Part shown: piece by piece, positions 13,137 to 25,534 of the stretch | How the letters are laid out: each line of letters opens with the position of its first letter | Numbering within the stretch: position 1 is the stretch's first letter | Source: Octopus sinensis | Taxonomy: Eukaryota | Reading direction: 5' to 3' | Assembly (NCBI RefSeq): GCF_006345805.1 | Contig: NC_043006.1 | Span: forward strand, 91,326,001 to 91,390,000 | DNA: 64,000 nt | Made by a program: the position numbers and the translations under genes | Notes under the pieces: generated by a model | What the model was told of the DNA's origin: nothing | The model's database searches: none | Seen by the model: only the letters and a program-made list of their open reading frames with translations

Positions 13137-13352
13137 AAGGCAGAGAGCTGGCAGAATCGTTAGCACACCGGACAAAATGCTTAGCGGCGTTTCTTCCATT
13201 TTAGCTCTGAGTTCAAATTCCGCCGAGGTCGACTTTACCTTTCAATCTTTGGAGGCCGATAAAATAAGTACCAGCTGAAAACTGGGGGTCTATGTAATCG
13301 ACCTCCTCCTCCTTCCCCCGAAATTGCTGGCCTTGTGCCAAAATTTGGAACC
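13137..13352 (+). mobile_element. tRNA-derived SINE
   Basis: gagctggcagaatcgttagc...gagttcaaattccgccgaggtcgac...ccaaaatttggaacc. Confidence 0.85.
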
Positions 13353-15549
13353 AAGAATTGTACTTGTGTATAATGAAAAGATGAAACGGAGCTGTGACTC
13401 CTCAGTTGTATTAGAACTCAGAGTGGAGAGAAACTGGAACGAATTGTAGAAGCCATTCGACGAGGCGGTCTTGCGATTCTGCCAACTCGCCATCTTGACT
13501 ATAATTCCCAGAGTAACATTATAGCATGAATAATGAATAAAGAAATAAATATCCTGAGTCACATCGACACATCGACATGTGTGTTGCCTGGTTGGGAACT
13601 CGACTGAGGAGGTTCCTTTGGGTGAATCGGGAAAGATGAAAGTGGGAAGTCAATCCCAGCGGTTTTTGAAGACACTCAAACATTATTATGGATTTCCAGA
13701 AAACTTTTAATTATATTTTGCTTTAAGTTCGCTCTTAGTCTTGATATGTCTTGCGGCGCTCCGTTTGAGACCCACTACCCTACTGCTTTACAGGAGGAAA
13801 GAACACATTAAAAAAATGTAGTTCTAGATAATAAAAATACATTCGCAAATAGAATGCCTTTGATGTAAAATCTTTTTGTTCAGAAATGACCCGAAGCTAA
13901 GCAACAACAATTTCTTCTTTTTTGTTGTTGTTATTTAGTTTCCAGTTTCATGGACGATTGTACTGTGTGGTGAACCAGCATGTGTGGAAACGTATTTTAC
14001 GGTTTATAACGGACTTGAACTTATATTGACCTGTTTCAAATTTGACAGGGCTTTTTCACGAAAGAGAAAAATTGAAAACAGAGTTCTATTGGCACCGTTG
14101 TAACCCCTTCAACAGGCTGGCACACCATTCAGGTGTGAGAGGCTTTTGCACTCTCAGCCTAAACAACTTCAAAATCTGGAGTCCAGGTAAACTCAGCCTC
14201 TTGAACTTCGAGGCGCGGGACGGACATATTGCAGAAGTATTGAACATCAAGATTTACCAGTAAGTGTTCTCGCATTTTCGTCATTCCATTAGCTAACATT
14301 AAAGTAAGTCCTCCTCGATATAACTGTGTCGAGTCCTATAACTCTTTGGGTCCGGTTCCCCCTTTTACCGTATCATATAAATGACCACTCCTCCTGAAAA
14401 GCGGTGGTGGTGGTAGTGGTGGTTGTTATGCAGGTGGTTGTGGTTGTGATGTAGGTTTTGTTCTTTATTCCCAGGTAGACATAATCCCCCACCCAGTTAA
14501 ATGTCACATGTGGTAAATATGGACCCCTGCTAAATATACAAAAGAACCACATGGCACTTGCGTACATTTAGCAGGATTTCTCACTGCTGTATTAATTCGG
14601 GTGAAATGTCTGGCCCTCATTTAGGATTACGTCCACCCTTCCTTCCACCAATGACAGAGACCCCTATGAGGTATCACGTGCGACTAAGCATAAGACGGTG
14701 GGAAAATCTTAACGGTCTCAGCTGGTCGTGTTTGGGAATCGAGTCGGGAAATCCAATGACGGTTGCTTTCTTATAGAATTGTTGTGATGAGGATTCCTAG
14801 TATTCTGACTCCTACGACCCTCTCAGAGATAATGAGGGCAGAGATAATGATGAATTTATTAATGTTCGATGGATGAATTTATTAATGTTTTCTAATTTTT
14901 GTGCGCCCTTTTGATGGAATTTTTCACCTCGGAACCCCTAAGCCTTATAAGCGTTGCTTTAAGACCTTACCATGTCTACATTTGGCACTGCTTGTTGCTG
15001 TGCTTTGGTGATTCTCAATGTTTGTGGCGATGGAAGTCGCAGAATTTTAAGCCCTCGGTCAACCACAACCGGGTCGGTCTACCATCAAAAGCAACATTGC
15101 CGAGAGTGAGCTTCACAGCTCGAGATAGTAACAGTGATATATATATATATGTTGGTGGTGGCAGGGCTGATGGTTAATGACTGATGCGTTATGATGGGAA
15201 TGATGCTGATGGTGGTGGTGTTAATAATGGAAACGGTAGTGGTGATGGTGGTGGTGATGGTAGTAGTGATAGAGGGGCGGTGGCAGTGGTGGTGGTAGAA
15301 GTTTGTGTTCCTGCTGATAATATTTATTAATTATTTTAATGTGAGAAAAACAAATCAGCGTTTCGGTAGGTGTTGATGAAATTAATGGCTTAAAGATGTG
15401 ATTACAGACACAACACTGTTGACTGGTGGTTGTGATGGTAAATATGGTAGAGGAGACGGATGGTATGGAGATGATGATGATGATGGCAGTGGTGATGTCG
15501 ACGACGATGATGATGGTGATGATAGTGGTGATGGTGATGGTAGTGGTGG

Positions 15550-15701
<152 letters not shown>

Positions 15702-16124
15702 CGACGACGGCGCCGACGCCCACTATAATGGCCACGACACTAGGAAGACTAGAACTGGTATTTATGATACTGGAATCTGGCAGAAGATTCCTTACTATTT
15801 TTATTCTTAAAATATTTTTGCAGCTGCAGTTTGCAAATGGCGGTGTCAACGTCGATGTCATTGCCGCCGCCGCCGCCGCCGCCGCCGACGTTGACAATAA
15901 TAATGACGACGACGTTAGTGGTGGTGGTGGTGGTGGTGATAAAATGGTGGTAGTGGCGCTGGTGGTGGTGATGATGTTTCCAGTAATAAATGGGTACAAT
16001 ATTGATGATAATAATAATTGTTATTGATAATTTTTATCTCATTATTGTGATTATCACACTTAACACCCACCCACACGAATATATGTATATATATATATAT
16101 ATATATATAAATATATCTATATAT

Positions 16125-16169
<45 letters not shown>

Positions 16170-16202
16170 GATAGATAGATATACATACATATACATATGC
16201 AT

Positions 16203-16233
<31 letters not shown>

Positions 16234-17584
16234 GATCTCTCCCTCTCTCTCGATATATATATAGATAGATAGATAGATAGATATACATCCATACATACAC
16301 ATACACACACACACATATATATAATGTATACAAAGTACACTCCACACCCATTTTCTGACCCACAAACCACTTATGCATCTTCCATCTTCTCACAAACAAG
16401 AAACGTATCACATCTTCTCGCCCCTACACCACACACACCTCCTGTCCTCTCACCCATATTTTATTTCAATTCTTAAACTACGCCGCCACACCGCTACGCT
16501 GCCACGCCACCACGCCGACGCGCCGGCACATCGTCCCCACCGCCGCCGCCGCCGCATCGACCCTACCTCCACGCCGCTCCATTTTGGTCTTCAGTATCGA
16601 AATTCTTGTTATGCTTACGGCAATAAGAATTTCATATCTGGCATCTTTGTAGTAGCATAGATTTCGGATGCTGATAATAAATCAATCGATAGAGAGCTTG
16701 GTTGTATATCAATGGTTCCGTTTTAACCCCTGTAGCCATTTTCATCAATACAGTGTGCGAAAGAGACACGAGAAGAAAAAGAAAAACAACAACAACAAAA
16801 AGACAAATGAAAAACAAACAAAACTAAACCAGAAAACACGCTTAGGCGCGCATGCGTGTTTCTATCTTTTTTAAAAAATACATTTTTTATTATATAACTA
16901 AGCGGAAATCAACAGCATCCTGCTTTTGATGAAAGCACAAGGGAAAAGAGAGAAAAAGAGACAGACAGATAGATAGATAAATAGATAGATAGAGAGTGAG
17001 AGAGAGAGAGTGAGTGAGAGAGAGAAAGAGAGAGAAGAATGAGATTAATAATACTTTATTTCCGTATTGTCACTAGCAAACATAATAATCAAAAAAGTAA
17101 AATTTCAATATAATTTACACGCATGCGCACATATATTTTATTTACTTTAAACAGTTGAAAAATCCAACTCTCAGCACCTTTTTTTTGTATTCATGAATAG
17201 ACAGACTCAGGCTTATTATGAACTTACAGTTTAATAGAGAAGAATGCTCTAGAATGTATATATATATATATGTATGTATACACAGATTCACACACATACA
17301 TACGAACAGTGAGGATGAGTGTTGGATAAATGTTCTTTATTTGTGGGTTAACAAGGCAACCATTACTGGTTTCATGCACAGAGAAATCCCTCAGCAATAT
17401 CAAGCATACCACATGGAACGTTGGTCCTCGTCTCCCTCTTGGATGAGAACATATATATATATATATAACAATTAATAAAAAAAAAACAGAGAAAAAAGAC
17501 AATAAGGGAAAAGAACAATAACGCAAGGACGTGGTACATGCAAATAATAAATAAAACGCTCAGAGAAGGAAACAAAGAATGGTT

Positions 17585-17619
17585 GTTTTGCGTTTCGAGC
17601 AAAGCTCTTCTTCGGAAAC
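17585..17619 (-). ncRNA. Degenerate minimal hammerhead (extra-A family)
   Basis: gttt-CCGAAGA-a-GAGC ttt GCTC-GAAA-CG-CA-aaac. Substitutions U4C and U16.1C; stems I and II are intact. Confidence 0.45.
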
Positions 17620-17700
17620 AGGAGACAGCTGAATGTCCAAAAGAAAAGGAAGAAGGAGGAAAAAAATCACCAAGAGTCCACACACACACACACACATATA

Positions 17701-17934
17701 TATTTCTTCATTGCCCCCAGGGGGATAAACATAGAGTGGACAAACAATGACAGACAAAGGGATTAAGTCGATTACATCGACTCCAGTGCGTAACTGGTAC
17801 TTATTTCATCGACCCCGAAAGGTTGAAAAGCAAAGTCTACCTCGGCGGAATTTGAACACAGAATGTAACGGCAGACGAAACACCTCTAAGCATTTCGCCC
17901 GCCGTGCTAACGATGTTGCTAGCTCGCCGCCCTT
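17701..17934 (-). mobile_element. tRNA-derived SINE
   Basis: Same family as 3699-3935 and 9179-9397. Confidence 0.9.
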
Positions 17935-17949
17935 ATAGAGTGCCTGTCA

Positions 17950-17996
<47 letters not shown>

Positions 17997-18210
17997 AAAT
18001 ATAATATGTGAGGGAGTAAAAGTAAGGGAGTAAAAATGTTCATAGTAAACGCGTAAGCGCTATTGTCCATACACATACATGCGCACCCGCACACCCACGT
18101 ACATGCACCTATATGTATATACTCATCCATCCTCATTTGAGACACACACATGCTCACCCACACATTCGCCAAAAAATATACACATACCCGCATTCACGCC
18201 CGCGCACACA

Positions 18211-19222
18211 CACACACGCACAAAAAGGTTCATGCACACGTCTATATTCGTACATGCACAAGAAAAAGCAGGGCTAAAGGCAAAATACAGAAAAATGTGT
18301 AAAGAAGTGTAAAAAAATAAGCAGTAAGAGTAAAACACGTCTATATGCGCTCATACTCGTATGCACGCACATACACACGTCTATCTACGCACAGCCACGC
18401 ACGCGCACAAAAAGTGGACTCTATATCCACTAAGGACACGGTTTTGACGAAGAAATACGTGAGCCTTACAGAGGGTAATTTCAAGCTCAGGCACTGGGAT
18501 AAAAGGAAAACGACCAAATTATCCAGTCATATATGGTCCCTAAAACATAAAGATGTCAGTTACAACATCCATTGGAAGATCTTAGCCAAGTGTAAGCCCT
18601 ACACCAACGGCAGTGGAAAGTGCGGTCTTTTGTGATATGGAAAGATGGCTCATCTGGTAAAGCAGCTTAGAGCCCGCCACATGTCTAAATTCAAGAACTG
18701 AACTTTTCGCATCGTGTCCATACGTGGTTAAATATTTGCTTTTGATCCCCTCGAGATTACAGATAGGACTTGCTTCCTATATTGTGTCCACGTACATGAT
18801 TTTTATCTCTCTATACTTTTTACTTATATTTCTTAAATATTTTTAGACATATTTATATATATTTTATATATATATTTACATATTTATAGAGATATTGTTT
18901 TATAGGTTTATTACTCATATTTTTGCACATATTTTTTCTGTATTCTACCTTCCACTCTGCATTTTCTCTGTGCGTATATAGACGTGTATATAGAATTTTT
19001 TGTGCGCGCGTGTGGATGTGTGCGTGTGTGCGGATATGTGCATATATAGATGTGTGTATGTGCGTGCATGCAAGTATGTGCGTATATAGACGTGTTTTAC
19101 TCTTATTGCGTACTTTTTACACATTTTTTACACATTTTTCTGTATTTTGCCCTTAGCCCTGCTTTTTCTTGTGCATGTGCGTATATAGACGTGTGTATGA
19201 ACCTTTTTTGTGCGCGTGTGTG
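18211..19222 (+). mobile_element. PLE fragment: GIY-YIG C-terminus flanked by ~200-bp inverted repeats
   Basis: 18415-18770 reads KYVSLTEGNFKLR...LSSHIWSLK...IHWKILAKCKPY...KCGL(C)DMERWLI...CLNSRTELFASCP. Arms 18211-18413 and 18996-19222 are reverse complements. Confidence 0.7.
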
Positions 19223-19297
19223 GCTGTGCGCAGATACACATGTGCAGGTATGCGCGTATATAGACGTGTGCATGAACTTTTTTGTGCCACGTACGTT

Positions 19298-19712
19298 TCT
19301 GTTGCATAGAGAACTAGCAATTGCATTTGTATGCAGCCACGTTCGATTGGTGAGCAGCCTGTGCGACTTTATTCAAGTTCCGTTCACTGATGTGGTTCGA
19401 AGTAAACCTAGTCTATGTAGGATAGCACCCCTTGAATGAACCTGAAAGACGATAAGCCTAACTTCCCAACGAACCCATCTGTTAGACTGATATGTCGAGA
19501 TGAGGTCAACCATACACAAGTTTTCCTTACCGTATCAGGTTTCCTGTTCTCCCTTTCACATTCTTTTCACTCAATAACTATAGTAAGCGAGCAAAATAGG
19601 CTACATAGACTTGGTTCGCTTCGAAGCACATCAATGGACGGATCTGGAATAAGGTTCAGCCAGTGAAAAGTAGCTGGATGCAAACGCAATTGCTAGTTTT
19701 CTCTGCAGCAGA
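19298..19712. mobile_element. Putative MITE/foldback with ~115-bp imperfect inverted arms
   Basis: 19298-19421 matches the reverse complement of 19601-19712 (e.g. actagcaattgc, ttcgaag, gtctatgtag). TA dinucleotides lie close to both ends. Confidence 0.55.
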
Positions 19713-19777
19713 GGTATCCATCGAACACATTCAAGCCAAATATGCTGCATAATTGACTAGGAAAAAAAAAAGTGAAA

Positions 19778-19855
<78 letters not shown>

Positions 19856-21465
19856 AGCGTGTTATATTAGCTGCAGAAATGCACGTACCCAGTGACTGCT
19901 CGTTGAACTGTGCTTATAAGGGACAGGAGTCCGTTTTACCCGATTTTCTGAAGTAGACGAAAATGGTGGTTTATGTTGTGTAAGTACACATGTTGTGTAA
20001 GTTCATGTTGGAAAAATATACCCTGCACCCTGAACACCATAAACAAGAATAAGATGACAAAAATATAAAATATATACATATTCCTACATTGTAGGAATAT
20101 GAATATATTTTATATGACCATTTAGTATAGAAGGTAAAACAAAATTAAAAGTTAGCACCGTGGAAGGTTCGTTTCTTTAACCTGGAGTAGATGACAGATG
20201 AGGTTGATGTGGATGACTGGGAAAAGTGATAACTTGTCTTTATCAGTTAGTAGAACAATGATGTTCCGCAGGTCCTAGCATCCCACTCGTAGAAGTCTGA
20301 GATGACTAAGCGGGGATTAACAGAAGGAGCAAATGGATAATGAACGCTATTATCAACAGGCTCAATTGCTGCATCTGGGTCGGGATAAATTGGTTTGGAT
20401 AAAGAATCAACTTTAACTGTTGTTTGTCTTGCTAATGACACTGATCATGAGTTCTGTTAAAGCCCTAAAGATGTTAATAATATTGCTGAACATCATTTCC
20501 TGAAAAGAAAATCAATGTATACAAACCCAAACCATTGAGGGTTTCCCGATTAACTGATTGTTTGCGTTGCCTTCATCATTCTCGCCTTTTCTCTAACGAG
20601 AACTGAACTTCGTCAGTTATTCCTTGATATCCATGGTAATACTCTATGTTTTCAAGCCGGGTTCTTATCTCGAAAGACGTATTATCGTCTTCTTAATTAT
20701 AGAGCTTTTCGAAAGGAAAGCAAAAGTTGCCCGTGTCATATCATCTCCTTTATTTTCAGGTGATTTTCTAATTTATTTTTATGACAAGGAGTGCTTTTAC
20801 AAAGATTGGTTTAGTTATTGAGGAGCAGAACACCACTACACCAAACCAAGTTGATTGTGGTTATTGTTGAATGGCCGAATGAGAAGCGTTGGAGTAAGGC
20901 AGATTCATTGCTCTTGTTTATATTAGCAGCATGTCTGTTTCGGAGTATCTGGCTTAATCGCGTAGGGAAGGATTTAAAGATTACAGGTAAGGTTATGAGA
21001 AATTTTGATTGTAGTTATAGGATTTTGATGGAATTGTGATTGATAAAATTCGTCTTTTCTAAATTCGTTGAAGCTGAAGATGTACTGGGTACTTTTTTTT
21101 TGTTCTGTATGCAAATGATATGCTGTCACGGGAACGGAGTCAGTCGTGTCTGTGTGAGAGTGTTTGTCGGTTTTATCGCACTAATTTGTTTTGTCCGAAG
21201 GTATGAAGATGCTGTTTTGAATGTTTGGATTTATATTGTTGTTGTGAATTTGTTGGAAGCTACAAGAATAAGTTTTCAAATTTAACCTCTTTATTAGAAA
21301 TTCGTTGCTGGAAGGTGGAATACAAATGTCTTAAAGCCATTCTTGTTGTTCAGGTGGATCTCTGAATTATCGTACACACACACACACAGGTTTTAATACA
21401 TATATACATAACTATATACACATATATGTACACAACGTATATATATGTATTCATATATATATGTA

Positions 21466-21532
<67 letters not shown>

Positions 21533-21702
21533 GTATATATGTGTGTGTGTACATCTATGCACATACATGCATACACGCATACACACATGCATACACACAT
21601 ATATGTATTTATATATGCATATATATTTGTGTATATATTCTCAGTTATGGCTTTCCAAGCTATTTTATTTGAAGAGTCTGTTTACTGGTCAGACATATTA
21701 AT

Positions 21703-21734
<32 letters not shown>

Positions 21735-21741
21735 TATGACC

Positions 21742-21930
21742 AAGGTGGTGACCTGGCAGAACCGTTAGCACGCCGGACAAAATGCATAACGTTATTTCGT
21801 CCGAGTTTGTTTTGAGCTCAAATTCCTCCTCTTGGGGTCGATAAAATTAGCACCAGTCAAATATCGAAGTTGATGTAACCGACTTCCCCTCCCCTCAGAA
21901 CCTTCTGGCTCTGTGCCAAAATTTGAAACT
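21742..21930 (+). mobile_element. tRNA-derived SINE
   Basis: ctggcagaaccgttagc head, ggggtcgataaaatta core, ccaaaatttgaaac end followed by (ATT)n. Confidence 0.75.
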
Positions 21931-21965
21931 ATTATTATTATTATTATATTATTATTATTATTATT

Positions 21966-22016
<51 letters not shown>

Positions 22017-23288
22017 ATCATCAGTATTATTAGCGGTGTCGCACGATATGAAGCTGTTAAATGAGCCAAGTTAGAAATCGTCTTGAAATAAATCCGTTTC
22101 AACTATTAATAAGGATTATTTCTAATGATGTTGAAGCTCTCTTATTCATAACGGATTATTGAAAGGAAACAAGAATGATTATCCTTCTGCCAAGAAGCAC
22201 AGCATTAGGCCGCTTGTCAAATCCTGTGTCAGGCAATATTTACTGCTCTTCAGATCTCACTTCTACTCTAAGCCGCAATCCACACAACACTGAACTCGCG
22301 TCTCAGCCATGGCAATTTCCCATTATGGAAATAAATGCAGACAGCGATATTACTTCCGATTGTTATGCCTCTATTTTCGATTAACTTTTATGTCGCTAAA
22401 CATGACATCGTTCAAAATTTATTGTAAGAAAACTTTTAAAAATCAAAATCCATTCACATTCGATAAGTAGCTTCATTTACAAAGTGGTTCGCGTCCCATG
22501 ATTTCCTAATTTCGTCGGTCACGCACGCTAATTAATATTCATGAGATGTACAATGTCGAGACATCTCATGAATATTTACAACATTTTGCAGGTAGGAGTT
22601 TCGCTTCAAATAACAACGCTTGCAGTTTCTCTCGGAAATATTGCTTTTGTTGATGCGGTCCATTATTTCCGGATTATTTTTTGTGAATTGTGAAAACATG
22701 TTTCAGTTTAAGTAGCATAATTTATGTTTAGTCAGCTGAGAGCACATAAAATGTTTCTCCATAATTTAAAACGGGTTCTTTGGAATCTAAGTTAAAACCG
22801 TCACAATCTCAAGATAAAGGAATACAACAAAACCCATGATACGTCTACATTGTCAATCAAGAGGAAAACAAATTATGCAGCGATGTGCAGAGTGAAACTA
22901 ATAGAAACCTCTAACGTATTTTTCCCTCGTTTGTCAAGAATATCTGACAGAATGGGTTGAAGACCTTTAAATCACGTGTTTTCAAAAAACACGGTCATGC
23001 TAAAAAGCCATTTGATTCCTATTTGTATGAAAATAAGCTTGATTATTTCATCCCTTTTTCTTTTCTTTCTGCTTTCAACATTTGCTCTAAATAATATAGC
23101 CAAGCAGTGGATTCAGCCGTTCAGATAGTGAGCTGCATAGAAAATATATCGCTTATAACGTTATTTTTAAACATTGAATTTTTGTCTCCTTTTAAAAAAA
23201 ATCGATTACCTCAGTCTAATGTTTGAGATAATAACCTATCAGATATTTAAGGTGATCAATACAGACTGTGCTGCTGTTGTTGCTGCTG

Positions 23289-23325
<37 letters not shown>

Positions 23326-23334
23326 AGCACGTAC

Positions 23335-23580
23335 AGGCATCCTTGACCGTATCTCGAAAAAGGCAATCCGTCTAATTGATATAAAATAACTCCCAGACAT
23401 ACTCCGACCTTTGACCTTCAGCGGAACTGACTCCTCTCTCGGCTTTTCCACCGATACCATAATGGCTTGTGTTTCCTGAAGCTGGCTTCAAGCCATCACC
23501 ATTCAGACACTTCTAAAGAACTCGTCATCCTCTTCCCGTCACTCTTCTAATCCTCCAAACTCCGCTCTAATCAACGCACC
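23335..23580 (+). pseudogene. Decayed LINE (CR1/L2/Jockey group) RT C-terminal remnant
   Basis: ILDRISKKAIRLID...SSLGFFHRYHNGLC resembles the LDxIQKRAxRLI...SLFYRYYxGxCS pattern. Confidence 0.45.
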
Positions 23581-24074
23581 TCTCTCCCATTCCCTCCCTC
23601 CTTCCCTCCCTTCCTCCCTTCTTCCCTTCGTTCGTTCGTTCGATCCTTCCTTCTTAGAGTCGGCTTTCTAGAATTATATCCTTCTTCAAGTCTTTCGCCT
23701 GTTCATTGCTGTTCATACTTCTGCTATAGATAAAGCAATTGAATAGACGTGGGCAAAAAAAAAAAAAAAAAAGAAACTAAGAAGGAGGATTAAGATGGCA
23801 CTCTCTTTCCTCTGCTCTCTTCAGCACCTTACCAGGGACATTTTCAAAAGAAATCTTGGACGATTCCATTCGCGATTTTTATCCTTCCTATGTTTGAGCT
23901 TCACACCACGTCAACACCAAGTCAAATGAAATAAATTCCTTACAAATGGTCAAAATGGCTTAGAATATCTAGTCCTTCACCACGATCCCGAGTCCATATT
24001 TCTTACCAAAACTAATTTTGTTTTTCAACCATTAGAAACCGCACCAAAATTCATCGCTCTCTCACCATGCTGAG

Positions 24075-24409
24075 ACCCCCTTCGGTCATGACTGACCATG
24101 GGATTGCACCTAGAAAGTTACTCTCCCAGGCACAAGTCCGGGCAAAATTGTTTATGGAAGACCAGCAGTCGCCCATGCATACAGACCTCCCTTCTCCACA
24201 CCACTGATGTTATCCAAGGGAAAGGCAAAGAGGCCGATATAGCTTGGCACCTGTGACGTCGCAACTCATTTCTACACCTGAGTGAACTGGAGTAACGTGA
24301 AATAAAGTGTCTTGCTCAAGAACACAACACGCAGCCCGGTCCGGGATTCGAACTCACAACCTCATGATAATAGACTCAACGCCCTAACTACTGAGCCATG
24401 CGCCTTCAC
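24075..24409 (-). mobile_element. tRNA-derived SINE (GTGAAGGCGCATGGC head)
   Basis: Minus-strand head with GAGTTCGAATCCC B-box and the ttgagcaagacactttatttcacg central domain. Confidence 0.85.
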
Positions 24410-25006
24410 CACTCACACACACACACACATACGCACGCACACACATACATACACACACACGCACGCACACACATACATACATATATACATACACACACAC
24501 ACACGCACGCACACACATACATACACACACACACACACACGCACACACATACATACACACACGCACGCACGCACACACATACATACATACACACACACGC
24601 ACGCACACACATACATACACACACGCACGCACGCACATATATGAATTATTGGACAAATGAAAGAAGGGCGCTCAATACATTCATTGGGAGTTACTCGTTT
24701 GGATCAAAACAGTTTGGTTCAAATTCGTTGGCGCTTTAAGTTTTTACACTCCAAGATCCCTTCCAATGAACAGCACATGGAATTAATATCCATTTGGAAT
24801 AACAAAATATGAACTATCGGAATTTACAGGCCACGAACAAGAAGCCTCTTTATCCATTCTACACTGCACATTCCTTGGACAATGAAACAACAGCTTTAAC
24901 ATCCAACATATTTTCATTCTCATATTTCCCTTTGTATCTCTCCCTTTCTAAAACAACTTCTTATATAATAAACTCTATTATTTCCTTCCGTTGAAACTCT
25001 CATATC

Positions 25007-25054
25007 GTCTCTGATGATGGGACATCTTTTATATCCCTGAAACAGCTGTAAGAC
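25007..25054 (+). ncRNA. Minimal type-I hammerhead ribozyme motif in a PLE-like terminus (~24800-25110)
   Basis: GTCT-CTGATGA-t-GGGA...TCCC-t-GAAA-CAGCTG-TA-AGAC: canonical core, palindromic stem III (ACAGCTGT), GUA site, 4-bp stem I. Confidence 0.7.
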
Positions 25055-25164
25055 TACCTTTTTCTTTATAAATGTCTTTATAAATATCACACTGCCTTAG
25101 CCTCGTTTCTCATTTTATTTAACACACACACACACCACACACCACACACACACCTTCTCACACT

Positions 25165-25372
25165 CTTTTATTCTTTTACTTGTTTCAGTCATTTGACTGC
25201 GGTCATGCTGGTGCACCGCCTTTAGTCGAACAAATCGACCCCGGGACTTAATCTTTGTAAGTCTAGTACTCATTCTTTTACCGAACCGCTAAGTTATAGG
25301 AATGTAAACACACCAACATCGGTTGTCAAGTGATGGTGGCATGCGGTGGGGGGAGAAAGACACAGACACACA
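25165..25372 (-). mobile_element. CR1-tailed SINE
   Basis: cttgtttcagtcatttgactgcggtcatgctggtgcaccgcc...gaaccgctaag...cggttgtcaag. Further copies near 33510, 36750, 42170, 52830 and 62000. Confidence 0.85.
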
Positions 25373-25436
25373 CACAAAAATATATATATATGTTTTCATA
25401 TTTCATGTTATTTGCTGTTGACGATGTCCTGTACGC

Positions 25437-25467
<31 letters not shown>

Positions 25468-25489
25468 TGAATGTATGTATGTATGTATG

Positions 25490-25534
<45 letters not shown>

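Noticed and set aside
13595-13650. CTGAGGA plus a 5-bp hairpin
   Set aside because: Followed by GGGAAA, with no palindrome or stem I.
18633-18635. TGA after KCGLL as a possible selenocysteine codon in a Naiad-like endonuclease
   Set aside because: Removing one T gives C-G-L-C-D-M-E-R-W in the expected frame, so a frameshift explains it.
20247-20502. Strong minus-strand acceptor at 20502 with a nearby 64-aa ORF
   Set aside because: All three frames from the acceptor hit stops within 30 codons, and the ORF is not reachable in frame.
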